19,721 bases of DNA. It comes from Archangiaceae bacterium. Its GTDB lineage: Bacteria > Myxococcota > Myxococcia > Myxococcales > Myxococcaceae. The notes below the pieces were generated by a model. It had not been told where the DNA came from, made no database searches, and worked only from the letters and a program-made list of their open reading frames with translations. The stretch's first letter is position 1. Every line of letters starts with the position of its first letter. Shown piece after piece: positions 8,772-17,109 of this stretch. The translations under genes and the position numbers were made by a program. Location: contig JAYVCD010000090.1 in assembly GCA_043750125.1 (NCBI GenBank), positions 1 to 19,721 on the forward strand. The letters run 5' to 3'.

Positions 8772-10373
8772 ATGATCGAGACGGTCGACGGGCTTTTTCG
8801 AGAGTCGGTCAGGCACTTTCCTGATCGCATTTTTCTTCGGCATCTGACCGCCCACGGCACCACCTCCATCACCTACGCCCAGGCGGCGGTGCGGGTAGCG
8901 GGCAGCGTTCGAAGGCTTGCCGATGCGGGCCTGGCACCGGGCTCGCGCGCCGTGGCCTGCGCCGATGCGATGGTCGACTCGGTCTTCTTGTTCATCGCCT
9001 GTGCCCACGCGGGCGTGGTGTTGGCTCCGCTGTCCCCCAGCTCTTCAATCGAGATGGTTCGAAGTCTGCAACACCACGTCGATGCCCGAGCCGTCTTCGC
9101 CAGCGCCCCTGACGTTCCGCGGCTGAGCGCAGCAGGGCTGGCGCCGACCGCGCTGGGGCCGCCCCTGGAATTTGAGCTCGATCTGCCCGCGGCCCTGAAG
9201 CTGCTCGAGCAGGCAGGGCAGGGGCACTCGGCGGACTCGGTCTACATGCTCCAGCCCACGTCCGGCACCACCGCCCAGCCCAAGCTGGTGATTCGTTCCC
9301 ACCGCGCCTTCAGTCGGGCCGCGCGAATGCTTTCGGGAAACCTCTTCGCCGCCGACGCGCCCGCCCAGCGGGTGCTGATGGTCGCCGCCCTCACCCACGG
9401 AATGGGGCAGTACCTGCTCTCGATCGGGTTGACGCTGGCGGCCGAGTTCTGCGTTCCCGAGAAGAGCGACACCGCGGCCTCACTGCCTCAAGTGCGGCAG
9501 CTCGACCCGACCTACATCGTGCTCACCCCTCGGGTGCTTCGCTCGTTCGTCGATCAGCAGGCGGCCCTCGAAGGTCCCACCCCTTCGCGGCCCCTGTTCG
9601 GTCCGGGCGCGCGCTTGCTCAACATCGGCGGCGCCGAGTGCGATCCCGTTCTGATGCGCAGGGTCTCGGCGCAGGGCCTGGAGGTCAAGGTCGCTTACGG
9701 GGCGAGCGAGATCTCAGTGGTATCGATTACCGAGCCGGGCCAATGGAAGGAAGGATCTGCCGGAAAGATTCTCCCCGACGTCGAGCTGAAGATCGCCGAC
9801 GACGGAGAGTTGTTGGCGAAGACTCCGGTGATGATGGTCGGCTACCACGGAGCGCAGGCCCTCACCGAGCAGGCGTTTACTGCCGATGGCTTCTACCAAA
9901 CCGGGGACTTCGCCGAGATTACCGAGGACGGCGAGCTGCGGATCCTCGGACGCAAGCGTGACGTCTTCAACACCTTCGACGGCTCGAACATCTTCCCCGG
10001 TCGAATCGAGACGATGATCGAGACCCTTCCCTGGGTATCCCAGGCGGTCCTGGTGGGCGATCAACGGCCGTTTCTGACTGCGCTGCTGGTGATCAAAGAC
10101 TCGACCCAGGCGGGCGACGCGCGGCGATTGGGTCAGCTCGACGAGCAGAAATTCGCCTCCCTCTACTCGCGCGCCTATTCGGACCTGGCCCCGATCAACG
10201 CTTCGAACGAAGCAAACGAACGGGTACTCCGGGTCGTGCTGTTTGATCGCGCGATGGCTTCCGAGCTGTACGCGATCGTCGGGCACGGAAAGACGAAAAG
10301 GGACCGGGCGAAAATCGTGCAGGCCTATGCCGGCTCGATCTCCGAGCTCTATCCGACGGGCAAGCCCGCTTAG
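8772..10373 (+). CDS. AMP-dependent acyl-CoA synthetase/ligase (long-chain fatty acid-CoA ligase-like)
   Basis: P-loop variant QPTSGTTAQPK, AYGASE, DGFYQTGD, ILGRKRD, and VLVGDQRPFLTALLV typical of the long-chain ligase C-terminal domain. Terminal Lys motif HGKTKR. Confidence 0.88.
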   Translation: MIETVDGLFRESVRHFPDRIFLRHLTAHGTTSITYAQAAVRVAGSVRRLADAGLAPGSRAVACADAMVDSVFLFIACAHAGVVLAPLSPSSSIEMVRSLQHHVDARAVFASAPDVPRLSAAGLAPTALGPPLEFELDLPAALKLLEQAGQGHSADSVYMLQPTSGTTAQPKLVIRSHRAFSRAARMLSGNLFAADAPAQRVLMVAALTHGMGQYLLSIGLTLAAEFCVPEKSDTAASLPQVRQLDPTYIVLTPRVLRSFVDQQAALEGPTPSRPLFGPGARLLNIGGAECDPVLMRRVSAQGLEVKVAYGASEISVVSITEPGQWKEGSAGKILPDVELKIADDGELLAKTPVMMVGYHGAQALTEQAFTADGFYQTGDFAEITEDGELRILGRKRDVFNTFDGSNIFPGRIETMIETLPWVSQAVLVGDQRPFLTALLVIKDSTQAGDARRLGQLDEQKFASLYSRAYSDLAPINASNEANERVLRVVLFDRAMASELYAIVGHGKTKRDRAKIVQAYAGSISELYPTGKPA

Positions 10374-10390
10374 GCCGAAATTTCAGAATG

Positions 10391-12340
10391 TCACAGCGGC
10401 CCTTCGCCGCCGGCCAGCCGACGGGTACGAACCGCGGCAGCCGCCAACGCCACCTCTCGAACCGTCCGGGAACCGGGATCGAGGACCTGGGTGGGCGCGA
10501 TCAGCGAATCGACCACCGCGTCCGACGAACCGGGCGCGATCCATGAGTCCACCGCAGTGACTTCTGCGAAGGCCCGGGGCTGCAGAGGCTGCCCCAGCCT
10601 CGTCGCGCAGCAGGCCAGTGCCAAAACTTTGGCGCCGATCGCCGGACCCAGGGCCGGTCGGAGCACCACCGCTCCTGTGGCACGTGCCTGGTCGACCACC
10701 GATCGGCTGACGGGGGTTCGGCCGCAAAGGACGACGGTGTCGCGCGGACCCACGGTGCCTGTCCACCCCGCGCCGGACACGGCGACGATTACCTTCGGCG
10801 ATGCAGGGCAGGGCGTCCCCGATTGCGAGGTCACGCCCCGCTCACGCAGACGCCATTGGACAGAAGCGCGAGTCTCTTCATCGAGATCGCCCAGCCACAC
10901 CAACTGGCCGTCGGCCGCGCAGGCCGCAGCCAGATCGGCGGTGGCATCGGCGCACAATGCGTCGAACGGGTAGGCGAGCCGCAGCTCGGCTTTGGGCTCG
11001 ACGGCCAGGTTAAGTCGGGGGTCGATCAGCAGCACATTGATCAGGCGATCCTGCTTGGCCGCTTCAGCCGACAGTGCAGTGACCGGCAGCGTCAACCCGA
11101 CATAGTCGCCCGTTTCCCAAGGCAGCGGAGCGGCGAAGGGGAACGTCGCTGCCGCGACGAGGTGCAGCACGCTGGGCTTGTGTCGCTTTTCGGAACGGAC
11201 GAACAACGACTCGACAGCTGTGGACAAATCGACCCGGCTGTCCCGTTCGATGCCCAGAGCGACCCTTTCGACCACCCCTTGGGGAACTGCGCCGATTGAA
11301 GAGGGGGGGGTCTGCTCGCAAAGCGCGTCGACCAGCGCCTCGGGCAGCGCGTTCTTCGAAATCAGGTTGCGCGCGTTGACTTCGGCCCCCACCAACCGGA
11401 GCAGCTCGCGGGGGGAACGGCCCCGCTGCTTTGCGACCCGAACCAGGTTGGCCACGTGACGCGAATGCAGGCGGGCCGTGCCCGAAACGAAATGGGTGGG
11501 GTCATTGCCCCTTTCGGCGAACAACGAACGCGACATCTCACCCATTGAGAGGATGGTGTCGCGATCGACCTGAAGCTCGTGGCCCAGACGCTGAAGCAAC
11601 AACAGCAGCTGTTCGGTGGGTGGATTTCCGGTCGCGCGGCCGATGCCCTGCAACGAGCTGTCGACCAAAGTCGCCCCGGCTTCGATTGCCGCGAGGCTGT
11701 TGGCCACGGCGAGGCCGATGTTGTTGTGGGCATGGAGGCCGACGGTCATTCCGCTCGCGTCTCTCACCGCTCGAACGTATTCCCGGACTTCGCTGGTGGT
11801 CATTCCTCCGGCGGAATCCACGATGTAGAACCAGTCGGCTCCGCGTTTGGCGGCGTCCGCGGCGCCTGCCGCGACCTCGCTGACCGACAGCGTGTACGTC
11901 TGCATCAAGTTGAGCGAGACGATCAGCCCTTGAGACTTGGCTTCGTCGATGTATTCGGGGCAGAGGGTGAAGCCGTCATCGGGCCACAGCGCGAGCCGGA
12001 CGAAGCCCATGCCATACTTGCTCAGCTTGCGAATTTCCTGGGCCGGAGTGAAGCCTCGCCCTGTTCCCAGCAGCACTCCCCAGATGGCGTTCTTCACCAC
12101 CGCCTGCGCGGCTTCCATGTGGGCCTGGTCGTCGGCGGTCGCGCGTACTTTCGGGCGGAAGGGCGGCTGATGGTACTGCTCAGAGCCGATGCCGTGGCTG
12201 TGGCAGACCTCGATGTACTTCACCCCCGCCGCGTCCAGCATTCCCGCGATGTACGCGGTGTCTTCAGCGGTGAATTGAGAAAGGATCTCGTAGCTGCCGT
12301 CGCGAAGAGTGGTCTCGAAAAGATGAACCGGTTCGCTCAT
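10391..12340 (-). CDS. DRE-TIM metallolyase (4-hydroxy-2-oxovalerate aldolase-like) with a C-terminal extension of about 300 aa of unknown function
   Basis: ETTLRDGSY, YIEVCHSHGIG, FYIVDSAGGM, metal-binding GLHAHNNIGLAVANSLAAIEAGA and DSSLQGIGRATGN follow the DmpG/BphI pattern. 649 aa versus about 340 aa for DmpG. Confidence 0.85.
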   Translation of the reverse strand: MSEPVHLFETTLRDGSYEILSQFTAEDTAYIAGMLDAAGVKYIEVCHSHGIGSEQYHQPPFRPKVRATADDQAHMEAAQAVVKNAIWGVLLGTGRGFTPAQEIRKLSKYGMGFVRLALWPDDGFTLCPEYIDEAKSQGLIVSLNLMQTYTLSVSEVAAGAADAAKRGADWFYIVDSAGGMTTSEVREYVRAVRDASGMTVGLHAHNNIGLAVANSLAAIEAGATLVDSSLQGIGRATGNPPTEQLLLLLQRLGHELQVDRDTILSMGEMSRSLFAERGNDPTHFVSGTARLHSRHVANLVRVAKQRGRSPRELLRLVGAEVNARNLISKNALPEALVDALCEQTPPSSIGAVPQGVVERVALGIERDSRVDLSTAVESLFVRSEKRHKPSVLHLVAAATFPFAAPLPWETGDYVGLTLPVTALSAEAAKQDRLINVLLIDPRLNLAVEPKAELRLAYPFDALCADATADLAAACAADGQLVWLGDLDEETRASVQWRLRERGVTSQSGTPCPASPKVIVAVSGAGWTGTVGPRDTVVLCGRTPVSRSVVDQARATGAVVLRPALGPAIGAKVLALACCATRLGQPLQPRAFAEVTAVDSWIAPGSSDAVVDSLIAPTQVLDPGSRTVREVALAAAAVRTRRLAGGEGPL

Positions 12341-12416
12341 GAATTACCGAGCCTAACGCGGGCGGATTGCCGCGCGAAAGTATTGGGCGCTCGGCGCCGA
12401 CTGACTGACTGCTTTT

Positions 12417-13772
12417 TCAGGTGGGTGTTGCGGCTACAGGAATGAAGGTCGATCGCCGAGCGCTGATCACCAGCGAGGACGCGCTGCGCAGCGTGATTCC
12501 ACCCAGCTGGCCCCCGTAGTTGTACAGCCCGACCGACAGAGATTCCCCATTGGGCAGGCGCCGGGGCCGGTAGAAATCCTGGAGCACCCAGTTGGGGTCG
12601 GACCAGATCTCTTCCATCCGCTTCGACCATTCGTCCGGGGGTGTCTCGCGGCCGATGACGACTCCGTGCGCCCCTCCGGACTGGCAAGGCTTGAGCAGCA
12701 GGCCTTCGCGCCGTGAGGTGGCGTCGGCGACGCTCAGCACGCCTCCCCGGCGTTCCTCTGAGCTGTAGGTGCGTGCGACGTGGTCGCTGAGCCATCGACG
12801 GTCCTCGTCCCCCAGGAAGCGGTCCGCACGGTGGATCCAGGACAGCAGGTGCTTGGACAGCGCGAGGTAACTTTTGACCGGTGAAATGTTGATCACGTCT
12901 CGGCGCTTGAACAGCTCGAGGGCCAATGGGTTCTGGAGCACCGCGGCGGTCGCTTCGGGGGCTCCGACGAAGTCGAACTTGGTGGCGAACTGGGTCTGGA
13001 CGTACCGCTGAAATTGAAAGCCCAGGTAGAAGACGATGTCGCCCCACAGAATGTCGATCGGGGTTCCCCGAAGCCTCATTTGACCGGGCAAGATCTCGAG
13101 GTCCGCGGGGCGACCTTCGACGTAGCCCCACCCCAGCTCTTTGAAGGCGGGGCGCAGGGCCACCCGGACCGAACGCAACATCCGCGGCAGGGTGAAGATC
13201 CCGATTGTGGGATCCGAGCGGGGCCGCGCGGGCCGCTGACTCAAGTAGTGCCGTTGGAACGCTTGGGTCATCAGTCGGTAGAGGGAATAGACGTGCTCGG
13301 CGTCCTGGTTCAGCCCCTCACGCCCCAGGGCGCGTGACAGGTAGGTCACCGCGCGCAGATGCACGGTCGAGACTCCGACCGCGTTGATTTCGATGACCCG
13401 CAGCTCGCCGTCCTGGGTGAGCACGCAGTCCAGGCGTGAGAGGGGCAGCGGCATCGGGGTCGCGCGGTCGGCTTCGATCGCCGCGTCGAACATCGGGTTG
13501 CTCAGGTACTCGGGCCGCCGCGCCGGGCTTCGATAATATTCTTCAATCACCTTCCCGTAGAAGGCATCGAAGCGGGCCACCACTTCCCGGCAGCGCTCGA
13601 GCAGTTTTCCGTCGATCAGCTGCGGAGGGCCCAGCACCGTGGCCAGACCATCTGAGTTCAAGTACGGGCGGCCGGTGATGCGCCGCTGCACCCGCGACCA
13701 GCCGTCGGGGTCCCGCTGGAGGTCGGGGGTCAGCCGGATGTCGGGAATCTGCAGGTTGAACAGCGGCGTCAT
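12417..13772 (-). CDS. ATP-grasp amide ligase, glutathionylspermidine synthase / circularly permuted ATP-grasp-like
   Basis: SRLDCVLTQDGELRVIEINAVG (R-x-D...E-x-N), LLLKPCQSGGAHGVVIG, WVLQDFY. ATG at 13772 preferred over TTG at 13799. Confidence 0.75.
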   Translation of the reverse strand: MTPLFNLQIPDIRLTPDLQRDPDGWSRVQRRITGRPYLNSDGLATVLGPPQLIDGKLLERCREVVARFDAFYGKVIEEYYRSPARRPEYLSNPMFDAAIEADRATPMPLPLSRLDCVLTQDGELRVIEINAVGVSTVHLRAVTYLSRALGREGLNQDAEHVYSLYRLMTQAFQRHYLSQRPARPRSDPTIGIFTLPRMLRSVRVALRPAFKELGWGYVEGRPADLEILPGQMRLRGTPIDILWGDIVFYLGFQFQRYVQTQFATKFDFVGAPEATAAVLQNPLALELFKRRDVINISPVKSYLALSKHLLSWIHRADRFLGDEDRRWLSDHVARTYSSEERRGGVLSVADATSRREGLLLKPCQSGGAHGVVIGRETPPDEWSKRMEEIWSDPNWVLQDFYRPRRLPNGESLSVGLYNYGGQLGGITLRSASSLVISARRSTFIPVAATPT

Positions 13773-13894
13773 GGACACTCGAGGTTCGCGGGCAAGCAAC
13801 CGATGCTGGCCGATTTCTCAAACGCTGGAAAGGTCTGCCTCAAAAGGCGCCCCAGCCAACGCGACCCGGGCAGGTGCTAGCCTGTGCTTGCCTC

Positions 13895-14866
13895 GTGACT
13901 CTGATCCGGATTCCAAAAACGTGGGAACTGCCGTCGTCGGCGGTCACTCCGGAACGGACCTACTTGAATCGCAGGCAGCTGATCGCTGGGCTCGGTTTGG
14001 CTGGCCTCAGTCCCTTGCTGGGAGGCTGCTACCTGACGGTAGAGCCGGACCCGAACAGCCTGCCGCCGAAGCCGCCTTCTGGATTTCTGGGCGACCTTTA
14101 CCCCGCGCCGCGAAACTTCACGTTTCATCCGGATCGAGACCTTTCAAGCCAATACCAGGCGACCCATTTCAACAACTTCTACGAGTTCACGTCGAACAAG
14201 GGCAGCGTCTGGCGCACGGTCAACGACTTCGTCATTGCTCCGTGGACACTGGAAGTCAGCGGGCTGGTTCAAAAACCCCAGGTCTTCGATCTCGAGAAGT
14301 TGATCAGGTCGCTCTCGCTGGAAGAACGGCAGTACCGGTTTCGGTGCGTCGAAGCATGGTCGATGACCGTGCCGTGGACCGGGTTTTCGTTGTCTCGATT
14401 GCTGGGCCTGGTTCAGCCGCTGTCATCAGCGCGATTCGTGAGATTCATTTCGGCAGCCAATCCGGATCAGATGCCCGGGGTGGCCAACTTCAGCCACATG
14501 CCCTGGCCGTACTTCGAGGGACTTCGACTCGACGAGGCGATGAACGAGTTGACGCTGCTGGCCACCGGCATCTACGGAGCGCCCCTTCCGGCACAAAACG
14601 GCGCGCCGGTGCGGCTCGTGGTGCCCTGGAAGTACGGCTACAAGAGCATCAAGTCGATCGTGAAAATCGAGCTGGTCGCCGAGCAGCCTTCGTCGTTCTG
14701 GAGCCAGAGCAACCCCGCCGAGTATGATTTCTGGTCCAACGTGAACCCGAATGTTCCGCACCCGCGATGGTCCCAGGCCACTGAGCAGCTGATCGACGGC
14801 GGCCCGCGAATCGCGACCCAGCTCTACAATGGCTATGGGGATTCTGTCGCTGCGCTGTATGCCTGA
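13895..14866 (+). CDS. msrP: Protein-methionine-sulfoxide reductase catalytic subunit MsrP (molybdoenzyme)
   Basis: N-terminal VTPERTYLNRRQLI (twin-Arg), NNFYEF, RFRCVEAWSM (Mo-ligating Cys), NGAPVRLVVPWKYGYKSIKSIVKI, NVNPNVPHPRWSQATE, YNGYG. Start is uncertain (GTG 13895 or 13874). Confidence 0.95.
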   Translation: MTLIRIPKTWELPSSAVTPERTYLNRRQLIAGLGLAGLSPLLGGCYLTVEPDPNSLPPKPPSGFLGDLYPAPRNFTFHPDRDLSSQYQATHFNNFYEFTSNKGSVWRTVNDFVIAPWTLEVSGLVQKPQVFDLEKLIRSLSLEERQYRFRCVEAWSMTVPWTGFSLSRLLGLVQPLSSARFVRFISAANPDQMPGVANFSHMPWPYFEGLRLDEAMNELTLLATGIYGAPLPAQNGAPVRLVVPWKYGYKSIKSIVKIELVAEQPSSFWSQSNPAEYDFWSNVNPNVPHPRWSQATEQLIDGGPRIATQLYNGYGDSVAALYA

Positions 14867-15749
14867 AGCTGGCTCCCTTCACGCTTGTCTGCTGCGCAAG
14901 ACCCTTCTGGTGGGCGCCGCCTGGGTGGGAATGGTCTTCCCGACCGGTGCGAGCGCGGGCGCCTGGATTCGCGAGCCGGGCCACTTCTTTGCGAAGGTAG
15001 GGGCGAACTTTTCATCGGCGTACGACCCGGTGAATGAGCCGGTCGGTCTCGAGCAGCAGGTGATGGCCTTTTCGCTGTTCGCGGAAGTCGGGCTTCCCTA
15101 CCGAATGGACCTGGTGGTGGACGTTCCCTACGTGGTCGCGACGAATGGGTTCAGATCAGAGGCCCGTTACGACAACCACTCTTTCGGTGACGCCCACATT
15201 CAGCTCGACCGCGGGCTGTTTTCCCGGCTGCAGCTGACTGCCGCTCTGGACCTCAAGGTTCCGATGTACCGAACGCTGAGCGCGACCGCGACGACCGGAC
15301 TGGTGGAGATCAACCACAAGATCTACCCCAGCTCGAGCTTCCCGGAAGTGGGCAACGGGACCGTCGAGCTGACCCCCAAGCTGCTCTACGGGAAGTCGTT
15401 CAACCCCCGTCCCCTCTGGTTCACCGCCGAGCTCGGGGCCCGACTGCGTTTTGGTGGGTTGGCGCAGGGGCTCTACGCTTCGGCCGGCTCGGGGGCGTGG
15501 GTCTGGCCCGAGCACCTGGCGTTGGCGCTGTACGGCAGCGTGGCCTACAACTTCAGTTCCCGAGCCTCCGCGCTCAGGCCGAGCGGGGAAGATGCCCAGT
15601 ACGCGGTGTACTTCGGCGGCTCGGTGATCGTCTCGGGGGCCCCGTGGCTTCCCTGGCTCAAGATCTTCGGGTCGGCGGGAACCCTGTTGCTCGAGTCCAA
15701 ATCCAAAACCGGAACCGATTTTGGAGTGGGCGTGGCCGTCGAGTACTGA
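14859..15749 (+). CDS. Secreted protein, probable outer-membrane beta-barrel
   Basis: ATG overlaps the msrP stop (ATGCCTGA). Signal peptide ending ASA-GAW. Alternating amphipathic beta-strand patterns (FSLFAEVGL, LTAALDLKVP, WFTAELGARLR) and a C-terminal aromatic residue (FGVGVAVEY). Confidence 0.6.
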   Translation: MPEAGSLHACLLRKTLLVGAAWVGMVFPTGASAGAWIREPGHFFAKVGANFSSAYDPVNEPVGLEQQVMAFSLFAEVGLPYRMDLVVDVPYVVATNGFRSEARYDNHSFGDAHIQLDRGLFSRLQLTAALDLKVPMYRTLSATATTGLVEINHKIYPSSSFPEVGNGTVELTPKLLYGKSFNPRPLWFTAELGARLRFGGLAQGLYASAGSGAWVWPEHLALALYGSVAYNFSSRASALRPSGEDAQYAVYFGGSVIVSGAPWLPWLKIFGSAGTLLLESKSKTGTDFGVGVAVEY

Positions 15750-15771
15750 TCGGCGGCGTTGGGATGAGCTC

Positions 15772-16341
15772 CTAGTTTTCCTGCCACCAGTACTTCTTCC
15801 GGTCGAGCTTCTTGGGCTCGGACGGAGCTTTCTTCTTCACCGCCTTCTTGTCCGCCGCATCTGCGGGGCCCGCAATCGGTGCCACGTCGGGGCACTTGGG
15901 AGGCGGAAGGGGTTCGGGGCATTTGCAGACCGGGCCAGGCCCGGTGTTGGCAGGCTCGACCGAAGTGTTGGTCGAATCAGGACCATTGGACAGGGTGGTG
16001 GGCGTGCCGGCGACTTCCGCGCCCGGGGTCGTCTGCGCCGGGGCGCGGGTGCCTCCGGCCGGAGGAGCGCCATTCGCGGCCACCGCCGCCACAGGCGCAG
16101 CGCGGGCCACCGGAGGACGAACGGTCGGACGTTTCCTCAACCCGAGGAGGCGAAGGTCGCGCTCGAGCTCAGCCCAGGTCGGAGTAAAGCGAGGCACTGC
16201 CCACGAGCCAGATGCGAATGCGGCTGCGGGCAGAAGCAACGAGGCCAACAGCACCCCCGTCCCGAGTCGCCGCAGGAACAGCGGGTAGAGATTTGGATTC
16301 ACGGGTCTTTGGGGGGCTGGGGACAACGGCTGAAAGATCAT
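15772..16341 (-). CDS. Hypothetical secreted Pro/Ala-rich protein
   Basis: Signal-like segment RRLGTGVLLASLLLPAAAFA, a low-complexity linker, CKCPEPLPPPKCP and a basic tail ending KKYWWQEN. Fills the gap co-directionally with neighbouring minus-strand genes. Start uncertain. Confidence 0.5.
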   Translation of the reverse strand: MIFQPLSPAPQRPVNPNLYPLFLRRLGTGVLLASLLLPAAAFASGSWAVPRFTPTWAELERDLRLLGLRKRPTVRPPVARAAPVAAVAANGAPPAGGTRAPAQTTPGAEVAGTPTTLSNGPDSTNTSVEPANTGPGPVCKCPEPLPPPKCPDVAPIAGPADAADKKAVKKKAPSEPKKLDRKKYWWQEN

Positions 16342-16390
16342 TATGCTTGAGGGTGCCGGTGAACGGAAGGATCAATGTTCTCAATGGCTC

Positions 16391-16987
16391 TCAAGGGTGG
16401 CTGGCATTGATGGGCTGCGGCTTCCTCACCGCGGCACGGATGCTGAGGATCACTTCTTTGGCCGCTGTCTGCTGCGCTCTCGAAATCCACGAGGTGGGCA
16501 GATTGATCTTCGGCTTCACCCGAATCTTGTAGGTGGCGTAGGTCCTCTTTCCGCCGTCAATCGCGACCAGGGTCCACGAGCCGTTGTTGAAGTCGTAGTC
16601 GCCCGACACCAACGACCATTCCCTCGTGTACTTCACGCCCGGCTCGACCTTGTGGATCGCAAGGGTGGTTCCGGTGAGGTTTGAAAAGGGAAAGGGCAAA
16701 GCCGCGGTGACCTGACATTTGACGGTCCACAGCCGGGCCTCGTCACCTTCGCGCGAGAGCTCGAGGCTCTTCGCGATGCGGGGCATCGTTTTGAAATAAT
16801 CGGCGCAGCGTGAGACGACCGCCCACACCTCGGCGGCAGGAGCGTCGACGGTTCCTTCCGCGATGTGGGTGGGAATGTCGCTGTCCGGAAATGGCTGCTG
16901 GGAAATCTTGACCGTCTCTTCTTCACCAAACGAGGACGGGGCGGCCATCACGAAGACCAACGCGAGCCTGGCCCATTTGAAGTCCAC
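16391..16987 (-). CDS. SRPBCC/START (polyketide cyclase-like) family protein with signal peptide
   Basis: VDAPAAEVWAVVSRCADYFKTMPRI, WSLVSGDYDFNNGSWTL and LPTSWI followed by a C-terminal helix, typical of the SRPBCC fold. N-terminal hydrophobic signal. Confidence 0.8.
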   Translation of the reverse strand: MDFKWARLALVFVMAAPSSFGEEETVKISQQPFPDSDIPTHIAEGTVDAPAAEVWAVVSRCADYFKTMPRIAKSLELSREGDEARLWTVKCQVTAALPFPFSNLTGTTLAIHKVEPGVKYTREWSLVSGDYDFNNGSWTLVAIDGGKRTYATYKIRVKPKINLPTSWISRAQQTAAKEVILSIRAAVRKPQPINASHP

Positions 16988-17039
16988 GGCTTGTCTCTTA
17001 GCACCGGATTCCCGGTTCGAGCCTGAAGCGCGGCCTCGA

Positions 17040-17085
17040 GAAAAGAAGAAGGCCCGGCTCGCAGCTTTGCGCGAACCGGGCCTTC
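17040..17085 (-). terminator. Rho-independent terminator downstream of the lipoprotein gene
   Basis: GAAGGCCCGG (17048-17057) and CCGGGCCTTC (17076-17085) form a perfect 10-bp inverted repeat with further inner pairing. On the minus strand it is followed by TTCTTTTC, and it starts 24 nt after the stop at 17110. Confidence 0.8.
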
Positions 17086-17109
17086 GAGCTTCGTGACGAT
17101 TGTCGAAAG

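Noticed and set aside
12341-12416. Possible RiPP precursor or regulatory RNA next to the ATP-grasp gene (short hairpin GGCGC/GCGCC, CTGACTGACTG)
   Set aside because: Too short and weak. No convincing small ORF, and the enzyme lacks RimK/graspetide-type features.
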